From positions 1 through 47,691 of IMG/VR virus record IMGVR_UViG_3300042196_000086: DNA of 47,691 nt, one strand, 5' to 3'. Positions 1 through 7,856 of the stretch are shown piece by piece; within the stretch, counting starts at the first letter, position 1, and each line of letters begins with the position of its first letter. This stretch comes from a virus. Its lineage: Duplodnaviria > Caudoviricetes. The notes below the pieces were generated by a model. It was not told the DNA's origin, did no database searches, and was given only the letters and a program-made list of their open reading frames with translations. Position numbers and translations under genes: made by a program.

Positions 1-168
1 TTCTTTCCGCTGGCCGGACGCTTTGATGGCGTGATCGGGGGCCCGCCCTGCCAGAGCTTCTCAAGCTTGGCTCACCTGGTGCGTGCGCGAGGGAACGAGC
101 CCCGGTTCGGCAACCTCATCCCCGAGTTTGAGAGGTGCGTCGCGGAGGCGCGGCCGGAATGGTTCCTC
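1..168. repeat. Terminal direct repeat, left copy (circular assembly overlap)
   Basis: 43-168 is identical to 47566-47691. 1-42 aligns to 47524-47565 with 6 substitutions. Confidence 0.95.
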
Positions 169-831
169 ATGGAGAACGTCCCGGCCGCACCAACGCCGGA
201 TGTCGTGGGCTACGGCGTAGCCGCGTTTCTGCTGGAACACGACGGGCTCGATGCTGGCGACGGGTACGGCCACGAGCAGATGCGAACGCGGCGCTTCAGC
301 TTTGGACTGCGCGACGCTGCGGCTCCGGATCTCCGTCGCTGGCTCCAGCTCGCGGCGCTCAAACTGCCCAAGGCCGCGCCTACGGTCATCGGGCACGGTG
401 GCGCGACGCCTTACCAAAGAGACGGAGACCGCGGCCGCGTTCGAACCCAGGCCGTCACGGGTGGGCGTGCCGCTGTTGAGGTCGCAATCGGCGGTTCCGG
501 CAATCGGAAGCCGGGAGCTCGCGTCCCCACCGTGGTCGGCGGACACAGCGGGATAACCGCTGAATCCGAGCGTAGACGCCGCGTGAACGCGGTGTGTGGC
601 GGTCACGGGAAGTCGCTACAGGCTGTTGCTGGTGGGGGTGGCTTCAAACGTTACAGCTATAAGGAGGCATGCCGACTTCAGGGGCTTCCGGAGGACTTTC
701 TCGCGGACTCTCCATTCCTGAAGGACGCGAAGCGCGACATGGTCGCGGCGGGCGTCCCACTCCCGATGGGCCGCGCCATCGCGCGTGCTGTGAACGCGGC
801 GCTCGCAGCAGCAGCGGAGCGTACCGCATGA
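1..831 (+). CDS. C5 cytosine DNA methyltransferase, 3' part (gene starts at 47407 and crosses the circular junction; about 315 aa)
   Basis: Motif IV GGPPCQSFS, motif VI MENV, motif VIII QMRTRR, motif IX EACRLQGLP and motif X-like AGVPLPMGRAIA. Motif I FPGIG lies at the other end of the window. Confidence 0.92.
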   Translation, partial: FFPLAGRFDGVIGGPPCQSFSSLAHLVRARGNEPRFGNLIPEFERCVAEARPEWFLMENVPAAPTPDVVGYGVAAFLLEHDGLDAGDGYGHEQMRTRRFSFGLRDAAAPDLRRWLQLAALKLPKAAPTVIGHGGATPYQRDGDRGRVRTQAVTGGRAAVEVAIGGSGNRKPGARVPTVVGGHSGITAESERRRRVNAVCGGHGKSLQAVAGGGGFKRYSYKEACRLQGLPEDFLADSPFLKDAKRDMVAAGVPLPMGRAIARAVNAALAAAAERTA

Positions 832-1073
832 GCAGCTCGAGCACGCTCGGCATGCACCCCGAGGTCCTACTCCCGCGCGCGCAGCATCTGCACCGTGTCC
901 CGTGCCCGGTCGCCGACCCGAGCCCGTGCGACTGCTACGACCAGGCGCCAGGCCGCTACGCCTGCGTGGACCAGACGGGGCGGAAGCGGCGCAGCCACGA
1001 GTACGTCATCCAGAGCCGGACCGGGACGCGATGCCTTTTCTGCTGGCGGCTTCGGACGTGGGAGCCGGTTTGA
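828..1073 (+). CDS. Small Cys-rich hypothetical protein
   Basis: ATGA overlap with the MTase stop. Reads MSSSSTLGMHPEV...CLFCWRLRTWEPV. Confidence 0.6.
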   Translation: MSSSSTLGMHPEVLLPRAQHLHRVPCPVADPSPCDCYDQAPGRYACVDQTGRKRRSHEYVIQSRTGTRCLFCWRLRTWEPV

Positions 1074-1098
1074 TCGAGGTCGCCACCGCGAGCCCAGC

Positions 1099-1878
1099 AT
1101 GAGCAATCACGTCATCTATGACCGGATCTGGGAGTCGAAGAAGCTCGCGAAGTGCTCGCTCAAGGCTGCTCTCGCGTACCCCTGGATCTACCTCGTGGCC
1201 GACGACTGGGGGCGTTTCGAGTACCTCCCGAGGGGCGTCTGGGGGAAAGTTTTCGGTCTCCGAGAGGACGTCAAGGCGGGTGACGTGGCCTCGTGGCTGG
1301 GTGAGTACCGGGTGGTCGGACTGCTCGACGTCTACGAGGTAGAGGGCCGCCAGGTGGGGCAGTGGACCCGCTTCGTTGGACCGCCGCCCTCAAGGCGGCG
1401 AGCATCACTACTACCCGCGAGAGACGGAAGCTATGACAACACAGAGATTAAAGGTGCTACACGCTTCCATTCTGCTGCACGAGTGCTTCGCAAATGCTCG
1501 CCGGAAGCGGGAAGCGGGAAGCGGGAAGCGGGAAGCGAGAAACGGGAAGCGGGAAGGCCGGGCAGCGAAACCGCTGCCGGCCAGCCACCCGCCCTTTCCC
1601 GGTCTCCCTCCGACGACGAGCAGATCGACGAGCGAGCATCGCTCCGGGAAACTGTCGTTCGCGAGGTCGACGAACTCGCCGCTCAACTCGCCGCCCAGAC
1701 CTCGACCGACCCGAAGAGCTGGGTGATCCGAGCCTCGACCATCCCAGCCCAGAACGGCCGGCCGGCGAAGTCGTTCGACGACCCGCGAAACCGCGGGCTG
1801 CCGCTGCCGTGGCTCGAGACGACCGTGCGCAAGCTGCGCGAGATACGCGACGAGGCCGTGCGTCCGGTGCCGCTGTGA
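1099..1878 (+). CDS. Phage replication initiator (lambda O / replisome-organiser-like)
   Basis: N-terminus IWESKKLAKCS...LVADDWGRFEY...VFGLREDV resembles phage initiator wHTH domains. Has a central low-complexity linker with DNA repeats and lies upstream of RuvC. Confidence 0.7.
   Translation: MSNHVIYDRIWESKKLAKCSLKAALAYPWIYLVADDWGRFEYLPRGVWGKVFGLREDVKAGDVASWLGEYRVVGLLDVYEVEGRQVGQWTRFVGPPPSRRRASLLPARDGSYDNTEIKGATRFHSAARVLRKCSPEAGSGKREAGSEKREAGRPGSETAAGQPPALSRSPSDDEQIDERASLRETVVREVDELAAQLAAQTSTDPKSWVIRASTIPAQNGRPAKSFDDPRNRGLPLPWLETTVRKLREIRDEAVRPVPL
1503..1556 (+). repeat. Tandem 7-bp repeat (GGAAGCG) x about 7.7 inside the initiator gene; putative origin region
   Basis: Exact units at 1503, 1510, 1517, 1524, 1531 and 1545. 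Variant AGAAACG at 1538 and a partial unit at 1552. Confidence 0.9.
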
Positions 1879-1915
1879 GCCGATTCCGGTTCCTAGAAAA
1901 AAACAGGGGGACACG

Positions 1916-2455
1916 ATGGGCATGAACGATCCGGTCGTCGTAGCACTAACCGTCGAAGAGCGCGCCGAGCGCGCCGACATCATGGCCGGCCTGCTGGCCG
2001 AAATCGCGGCGATCGATCGCCAACGCCGCGCGCAGAACGACGAGCACCTGAAGCGGATCAAGGAACTCCGCGACCGGCTCGAGGAACACGGCAATGTGCT
2101 ACGCGAAGGTGCGGAGGAGCGTCGGCAGATGGACCTGACGTTCCCGCAGGAGCAGGCGGCGAGAGCGTTGCATGATGTCGCGGCTGCGGCTTGCAGTTGC
2201 GAGGGCGGGGCCGAGGCCGAGGCGCACGATCCTGCCTGCCCGGTGCACGGCGTCGAGCGGAACGCGGACGGGACCGCGAAGGACGCCGCCGAGCGGACCG
2301 AAGAGCTCGACGGCGACGACGAGACGGACCTCGAGAGAGGCCTTGACGTGCGCGAGGTGATCGTCGGGACGGTCGAGGAGCCCGCGGCCGTTTCGGAGTT
2401 CCGCGATGCGAAGGCGAAGCGCGGCCGGCGTGCGGCGGCTGGAGACGCGGCGTGA
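1916..2455 (+). CDS. Hypothetical protein (N-terminal coiled coil, acidic C-terminus)
   Basis: SD-like AGGGGG before the ATG, GC3-rich codons, GTGA overlap with the next gene. Confidence 0.8.
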   Translation: MGMNDPVVVALTVEERAERADIMAGLLAEIAAIDRQRRAQNDEHLKRIKELRDRLEEHGNVLREGAEERRQMDLTFPQEQAARALHDVAAAACSCEGGAEAEAHDPACPVHGVERNADGTAKDAAERTEELDGDDETDLERGLDVREVIVGTVEEPAAVSEFRDAKAKRGRRAAAGDAA

Positions 2456-3021
2456 TCGTCCTCGGGATCGACCCAGGCAAGACCGGCGGCCTCGCGTTCC
2501 TCACGCTCGGCGTCGAGATCCAATGGTCGCTGCGGGTGCTGCCGATGCCGGTCGTGACGGCGAAGGCCGGCAAGGGGCGCGTCGAGTACGACGTGCCCGA
2601 GATCGTGCGCCTCGTGAACGCCGCTCAGCATCGCGAGCGCGGCAACGTCGTCGCGTTCCTCGAGCGGCTGCACCCAATGCCGCTCGAGAAGGGTGGCACG
2701 ATCGCCAACTACAACCGCGGCGCGGCCTCGCACCTGTTCATCGGAATCCTGGCCGCGCTCGGAATCGCGTACCACCTGGTGCTCCCGGTGGTGTGGCAGC
2801 GCGTGATGCTCGAGGGGACATCGGGCGCCGACACGAAGCAACGCAGCGTGATCGCCGCGCAGCGGATCTTCCCGGGCGTGTCGTTCCTGCCGACGGAGCG
2901 GAGCCGCAAGCCGAGCGACGGACTCACCGACGCGGCGCTGCTCGCGGAGTTCGGGCGGAGGAAGCTCGCAGGCGATCGGGGGCAGCAGCGCGGTTTACTC
3001 GAGACGGCAGCGGGGATCTGA
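2452..3021 (+). CDS. RuvC-like Holliday junction resolvase
   Basis: IVLGIDPGKTGG at the start, conserved E (FLERL), P..WQ..M and DGLTDAALLA acidic motif. Confidence 0.9.
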   Translation: MIVLGIDPGKTGGLAFLTLGVEIQWSLRVLPMPVVTAKAGKGRVEYDVPEIVRLVNAAQHRERGNVVAFLERLHPMPLEKGGTIANYNRGAASHLFIGILAALGIAYHLVLPVVWQRVMLEGTSGADTKQRSVIAAQRIFPGVSFLPTERSRKPSDGLTDAALLAEFGRRKLAGDRGQQRGLLETAAGI

Positions 3022-3023
3022 AC

Positions 3024-3341
3024 GTGGCAAGCTGTGACCGCTGCGGCAGCCTCGACGAATCGAAGCTCTACGCGACGATTGGCGGCCGCGGCTACTGCTC
3101 GGACTGCTGGCGCGACGTCGGGTCGCCGTGGCCGCGCAACGAGCCGACGATCGAGCAGTTCCATGCGCGACGTGCGGCCGTGCCTGGATCCCGATGCAGG
3201 GCGGAGCCTCCGTGGCCGCGCTGCCCGACGTGTCGGCAAGGGATGGCGCCGCTGTCGCTGCGCGTGGGCGGGCGGACGCGCGAGGAGGCAGAGCGGGCGC
3301 CGCGCGATCCGGAGATGCGCAAAGATCTGGAGGGACCATGA
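3024..3341 (+). CDS. Hypothetical Zn-finger protein
   Basis: GTG start just after the RuvC stop. CDRC, CSDC and CPTC pairs. ATGA overlap with the next gene. Confidence 0.55.
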   Translation: MASCDRCGSLDESKLYATIGGRGYCSDCWRDVGSPWPRNEPTIEQFHARRAAVPGSRCRAEPPWPRCPTCRQGMAPLSLRVGGRTREEAERAPRDPEMRKDLEGP

Positions 3342-3553
3342 GCAAGTGTCAGTCAACGATCCGAGAGGTACGTTTCATCGTCGAAGAGGATCTAACTCAG
3401 GCGTATGTTCTTGTCGAAGCTGCTGGTGACTGTCCGCTCGGAGTCCAGGGGTGGCATCACAAGACATTCCCGGCCTCGAAGTCAGCGGAGTTGATCCTGC
3501 GAGATCACTTCGCTGACCATTTGCTATGGGCACTTGAAGCCCCGCCAGCGTGA
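3338..3553 (+). CDS. Hypothetical protein
   Basis: GGAGGG SD then ATG. Reads MSKCQSTIREVRFIVEED. Confidence 0.7.
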   Translation: MSKCQSTIREVRFIVEEDLTQAYVLVEAAGDCPLGVQGWHHKTFPASKSAELILRDHFADHLLWALEAPPA

Positions 3554-3611
3554 TTACGCCAAGCCCAAGCTGGGCGCCGCGTGACAGGGAGCCTCGACCG
3601 CTGGAGGAGCG

Positions 3612-4244
3612 ATGAGAGAGATCAAGCTCAAGCCTGACGGCACGTGGCGACTCACGCCGCAAGAAGTCGAATGGCTGAACGGTGCGGCCGAGCGTGAGGC
3701 TGCGCTCCGGACGAAGGTCGAGGAGCAGCAGGAAGAACTACGAATGACTCATCATGCTTTGGCGTTAGCTCGCGGACAGATCGAGGAGCTGACGCGGGAG
3801 GTTGAGAAGTGGAAGCAGTCGGCCGACGACTACGCAGCCGATTGTCGTCGTCTTGTGGCCCAACGCGAGCAGGCCGAGGCCCGACTAGCGATATGGCAAG
3901 CAGCCGAGTCGTTGCCGGATTGTCGTGCCTGTGCCGCGCTGGATGCCGCTCGAGAGCAGCCGACGCAGGAGCCGCCACGCACCACGACGTGCCCGAACTG
4001 TGGGCGCGAGGCGTCAATCAACGGATGCGACTTCTGCGAATTGGATGAGGGGCCGACGCAGGAGCCGCTCCCGCTCGGGCACGAGTACTTGAAGTGTCGA
4101 TGTCACGTCCTCCCACAAGATGATTGCTGCGGCGATGGATGTCATCGTCGATCTCCGAGCGGATTGGTAGCCGCTTGGATTCCTTGCGGCCAGCCCGAGA
4201 GCGCCCACCAGCCGACGCAGGAGAAGCCGGAGGTGATCCGATGA
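3612..4244 (+). CDS. Hypothetical modular protein (coiled coil plus Cys-rich modules)
   Basis: GGAGGAG SD, heptad region, three PTQE-bounded Cys-rich segments. Confidence 0.75.
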   Translation: MREIKLKPDGTWRLTPQEVEWLNGAAEREAALRTKVEEQQEELRMTHHALALARGQIEELTREVEKWKQSADDYAADCRRLVAQREQAEARLAIWQAAESLPDCRACAALDAAREQPTQEPPRTTTCPNCGREASINGCDFCELDEGPTQEPLPLGHEYLKCRCHVLPQDDCCGDGCHRRSPSGLVAAWIPCGQPESAHQPTQEKPEVIR

Positions 4245-4744
4245 GCGACACGCGGCTGGACGAGATCGAACAGCGCGTCTGGAGGTCCACCAATGAAGAG
4301 TGCGAGTTTCGGTCTGACCGTGGACGACGCTGCACATCGAAGGACAGGCCGCGCTGCGGTCCCTGCATGCTGGTGTTCGGTTTCATGGGCATTCTCCGCG
4401 CCGCCCTGGCCGAGGCTGTGGCCGAGCGGGACAAGGAGTGGCGAGAGGCTCTTAGCGTCGAGGAGTGGAACTGCCCGTATCCGGCATTCGCAAAGATGTG
4501 GCTGCGCTCAAGCGTGTCCGAGGCTGTCTCGGAGGAGCGGAAGGCGCTGCGGGCGAGGCACCGAGGTCGCACAGTGGTAGGGCGCGCGAGCGATGGGGGA
4601 GGGACGGACTGGCAGGAATGCGCCATCTGCAAGGTCGAATCGCCATGCGCAACCGCTATCGACCTCGCCGCCCTCGACGCTCGCTCAGGAGAACACGCCG
4701 ACGGCTCCGCCTGCCTGCTGCGCGAGGAGCCGAAGCCAGAGTGA
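4241..4744 (+). CDS. Hypothetical Cys-rich protein
   Basis: GGAGGTG SD, ATGA overlap. Starts MSDTRLDEIEQRV. Confidence 0.7.
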   Translation: MSDTRLDEIEQRVWRSTNEECEFRSDRGRRCTSKDRPRCGPCMLVFGFMGILRAALAEAVAERDKEWREALSVEEWNCPYPAFAKMWLRSSVSEAVSEERKALRARHRGRTVVGRASDGGGTDWQECAICKVESPCATAIDLAALDARSGEHADGSACLLREEPKPE

Positions 4745-4965
4745 GCACGCCGACCCCGGCCGAGCGCCTCGCGGGCCGCCTCGCGCACCTCCCGCCGGAC
4801 GGGCTCCGCGCGCTGGATGGGTCGCTCGACCGGGCCGAGGCACGAGCTCGAGCGACCGGGCGGCGCGTAATCGTGGCGGTGGAGTTCGAGGTCGGCCCGG
4901 ATGGGCTTGAGGCGCTCGAACTGCCGGAACGCTTCGAGCGTAGGATGGCGCAGGGGGGAGCATGA
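4741..4965 (+). CDS. Hypothetical protein
   Basis: GTGA overlap with the upstream stop and ATGA overlap with the downstream gene. Confidence 0.65.
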   Translation: MSTPTPAERLAGRLAHLPPDGLRALDGSLDRAEARARATGRRVIVAVEFEVGPDGLEALELPERFERRMAQGGA

Positions 4966-5306
4966 GCGACGAGCTGGACAAGATCGTCGATCGGCTGTTG
5001 AGCGTCCGTTGCGTCGTGTCAGAACACGACGGCTACGACGGGCCGTTCTGTTCCGAGTGCGGTCATGATGCAAGAACGGAGATCCGTGCCGCTTTGGAAC
5101 TCCGCTACATCACCGAATTGCGCCGGCTGCGGGAGCTGATTGTCGCGTTCAGCAACGCGGCTGATCCGCAGGATGGAGAGGACGACGCAGCCATATGCGC
5201 GTTCTGCTTCTCTCCGTACTCCCCTGATGCACACGCTCCTTATTGCCCATGGCCCGCACTCAAGGCCGAGGCCTGCGCGATCCGCGAAGAGTCCACAAAA
5301 GCTTGA
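4962..5306 (+). CDS. Hypothetical protein with CxxC motifs
   Basis: GGGGAG SD. Motifs CSEC, CAFC and H..YCP. Confidence 0.7.
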   Translation: MSDELDKIVDRLLSVRCVVSEHDGYDGPFCSECGHDARTEIRAALELRYITELRRLRELIVAFSNAADPQDGEDDAAICAFCFSPYSPDAHAPYCPWPALKAEACAIREESTKA

Positions 5307-5436
5307 CCGATGGGCATATACTAGCCCTGTCGTAAGCCTGAGCCCCCCGGCGTGCCACAGGGGGCGATGAAGGCCGCCGGGCCCTGGCTGTGCCAGCAGG
5401 GATAGCAAGCGGTGCTGTCTCCTGCGGGGGTGCGAG

Positions 5437-5955
5437 CTGAGGATCACGGCGTTCGACCTGGCCCAGCGGTTCATAGGCACGCGCGAGGTCGAAGGCGCAG
5501 CATCGAACCATCAGATCTTGGCGATGCTGCGTCTCGACGAGCAGTGGCCGACAGCCGATGAGGTCCCGTGGTGCTCGGCCTTCGCGAACTACATCGCGTG
5601 GCTGCTGCGCCTTCCACGCTCAAAGAGTCTGACGGCGCGCTCCTGGCTGACAGTCGGCATGCCGATTGCGCTTGAGAGCGCACGGGCCGCGTTCGACATC
5701 ATCGTGCTGAAGCGCGGTCCGGGTCATCAGCCCGGCCCTGAAGTTCTCGATGCGCCTGGGCATGTCGGCTTCTTCGCTGGGCTGGAGCGTACAAGGCCAA
5801 CGATCAACGGTGCTCCCTTCGACATGTCCGACAGGGTGGAGAGCCGCCGCGTTCTCGTGCTGGCTGGCAACCAGGGCAACAGCGTCTCGATAGCGCCATT
5901 CCCTGTGGATGGTGTGATTGGCGCTCGTCGTCTGTTCGTGGACTCCGAAGAATGA
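5437..5955 (+). CDS. Endolysin, TIGR02594-family NlpC/P60-CHAP-like peptidoglycan endopeptidase (probable CTG start)
   Basis: DEVPWCSAF (catalytic Cys), ARSWL, GHVGFF (catalytic His) and LAGNQGNSVS. Family-like N-terminus LRITAFDLAQRFIGTREVEG extends upstream of the 5518 TTG. Confidence 0.85.
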   Translation: MRITAFDLAQRFIGTREVEGAASNHQILAMLRLDEQWPTADEVPWCSAFANYIAWLLRLPRSKSLTARSWLTVGMPIALESARAAFDIIVLKRGPGHQPGPEVLDAPGHVGFFAGLERTRPTINGAPFDMSDRVESRRVLVLAGNQGNSVSIAPFPVDGVIGARRLFVDSEE

Positions 5956-5981
5956 GCGGCGCGCTTGTCTGGAGGTATCGC

Positions 5982-7856
5982 ATGAAGAGCAACCGCTGGC
6001 GGTTTGCCTGGGCCTGGAACATCGGGGCCACGCTAGTTACGCTCGCGCTGCTGCCGGGCTGCTTCCACCGCCCGCCGCCCCCGCCGCCCCCGCCGCCAGA
6101 CGCCGACCGCGATGGCGTGCCGGACTCTGTGGACCGCTGTCCGAACGAGCCGGGCCCGGCTGAAAACGAGGGCTGTCCGCTGCCGCCTCTGGCTCCGCTG
6201 CTGCTGCGCCAGGAGAGCCCGCCCTTTCTCGTCCGCGATGGCAAGCCGCACAAGCCGCAGGGGGCGATCCAGTGCTGCATGACGCCGGAGTCGGTTCCGG
6301 AGGTGGCACCAGCGGTTGGGACGAAGCGCCAGGTCAAGCGCCCGCGCCCGATGCCGTTCCGTCCAGGCCGCACCGAGGCGTTCTGTAACTCGCTCTGGCC
6401 GATGGCCGCTGAGTGCTTTCAGGACTACATGACGGCGGCTGGCTTCAACTTCTTCCACTTCCGGATGGGGCCGTTCTACGCGAGCGCCGACTTGGGCGAG
6501 GACGACTTCGCGGAGATCGGTGGACCCTACGCTTCAGGTCCTGACACCGGGTGGAGTCCTGAATGGAATCCCAAGTTCTGGGAGACCTTCGTGCGCTTAC
6601 TGGAACATGCACGCAAGAACGGCAGCAACGTGGAAGTCAACGTGATCGATACATGGGTCTGCAAGCACGCAAATTCTGACTGGGGCGACCTCCAGATGCC
6701 TTGGCCGACCGAGGATGTTGAGGCCTGCGGCCGGCGGCCGAGTCCTGAGCAGGAGCGGTGGATCCGCAAGGTCGTGAGTGAGGCGGCCAATGCGGACTGC
6801 ACCAATTGCATCTATATCGTCGATAACGAGGGCGGCGAGATCCGGGGGACGAAGCGCGAGTGGTACGAGTGGGTCAAGTCGATCGTCTTGGACGAGGCTG
6901 CTCAGCGCGGACTACCGGTCCCGATGGTCGGGATCAACAACACGGACTACTGCGACGGCTCATTCGACTACTGTGCCACGCACGATACCGCCGCGCTGCT
7001 CGAGCCCATCGGCGGCACCGGGAAGCACTCCGAGAACAACGAGCACAACAAGCGCCCCGGATTCTCTCCCGAACAGGAGCACGCGAACCACTGCTCCGCC
7101 CAGAAGAAGGGGCTGCACTGGTGGTTCTGGCGCGCCGAGATGTCGAACGAGGACTTCGAGGCGACGCGGGCGCTCTTCGCTCAGGGTTGCGGCGGTCCGG
7201 TCGAGTGCTTCCCTCCCGATGCCGAAGACCCACTGTGGAATCCCATCCCGGTCGCGGGCGGTAGTCGCGAGCTGCGCTGGGCAATCGACTCGGCCAAGCT
7301 CGAGGTCGGGGAACGCTGCGGCACCGATCACCAGGGGAGCCTCGCTACACTCGACCTGCTCGGAACCGAACTCCGGCGGCGCGGTTACTGTGCGGCGCGC
7401 GGTGCAGACGCGCTGAGCATTCGTACTCCTGATGGGCTCTGGCAGGAGTGGCACAGCGTGAGCTTCGCTACCGGCTGCTGGGCGAACAACTCCGAGGTGC
7501 TGCCGAAGGCGACCTATACCTACAGCGGGCTGCCGCGCCCGCAGACGTGTCCGATCGACGTGCCGGTCGTGGCCGAGGTGCTCTGCAAGCTCCACCAGGC
7601 AACGAACGCGATCTACGACTGCACCCCGAAAGCGCACGGCCAGCCGATTCTGCCCGAGGGCGACCCGATGCGCCAGGTGTGCGAGCTCAAGGCGATGGGC
7701 GGGGCGTCGCCTACGTTCTCGGTCGATGGCGGGCTGTCCGTGTCGCCCGTGCCGAACCCGATGCAGTTCAAGCTGTCTGGCTCAGGCTCGGGCACCGTTC
7801 GCTGCACGGTGCCGGCGGTATCCGGCTCGCTCTGCAATCTACAGGTGACCCGATGA
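5982..7856 (+). CDS. Lipoprotein with polyPro linker, thrombospondin type-3-like repeat, putative clan GH-A (GH5-like) glycoside hydrolase barrel and Cys-rich C-terminal domains
   Basis: Lipobox LLPG-C, P9 tract, DADRDGVPDSVDRCP. Barrel signatures FNFFHFRM, WNPKFWETF..LLEHA, IVDNE (acid/base), DYCATH, ENNE (nucleophile candidate) and WWFW. Alternative start at 5952. Confidence 0.65.
   Translation: MKSNRWRFAWAWNIGATLVTLALLPGCFHRPPPPPPPPPDADRDGVPDSVDRCPNEPGPAENEGCPLPPLAPLLLRQESPPFLVRDGKPHKPQGAIQCCMTPESVPEVAPAVGTKRQVKRPRPMPFRPGRTEAFCNSLWPMAAECFQDYMTAAGFNFFHFRMGPFYASADLGEDDFAEIGGPYASGPDTGWSPEWNPKFWETFVRLLEHARKNGSNVEVNVIDTWVCKHANSDWGDLQMPWPTEDVEACGRRPSPEQERWIRKVVSEAANADCTNCIYIVDNEGGEIRGTKREWYEWVKSIVLDEAAQRGLPVPMVGINNTDYCDGSFDYCATHDTAALLEPIGGTGKHSENNEHNKRPGFSPEQEHANHCSAQKKGLHWWFWRAEMSNEDFEATRALFAQGCGGPVECFPPDAEDPLWNPIPVAGGSRELRWAIDSAKLEVGERCGTDHQGSLATLDLLGTELRRRGYCAARGADALSIRTPDGLWQEWHSVSFATGCWANNSEVLPKATYTYSGLPRPQTCPIDVPVVAEVLCKLHQATNAIYDCTPKAHGQPILPEGDPMRQVCELKAMGGASPTFSVDGGLSVSPVPNPMQFKLSGSGSGTVRCTVPAVSGSLCNLQVTR

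Noticed and set aside
3959-4223. Mini CRISPR array, given the Cas4-like gene elsewhere
   Set aside because: The repeats are only 13 bp, the spacers are 80 and 146 bp, all lie in frame within a CDS, and no cas1/cas2 or effector genes are present.
5303-5322. Sigma70 promoter TTGACC...TATACT
   Set aside because: The spacer is only 8 bp. The -10-like hexamer could still serve an activator-dependent promoter, but that is unsupported.
5310-5370. Twister or hammerhead ribozyme in the structured leader
   Set aside because: Only a superficial GTCGTAAGCC similarity. The required P2/P4 pairings and the CUGANGA/GAAA core are absent.
7448-7852. N-terminal extensions given by the ORF track (7448, 9631, 18365, 895, 44236, 45722 and others)
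   Set aside because: They overlap upstream genes. The true starts are the downstream ATG/GTG codons with SD sequences, signal peptides or stop-start overlaps.
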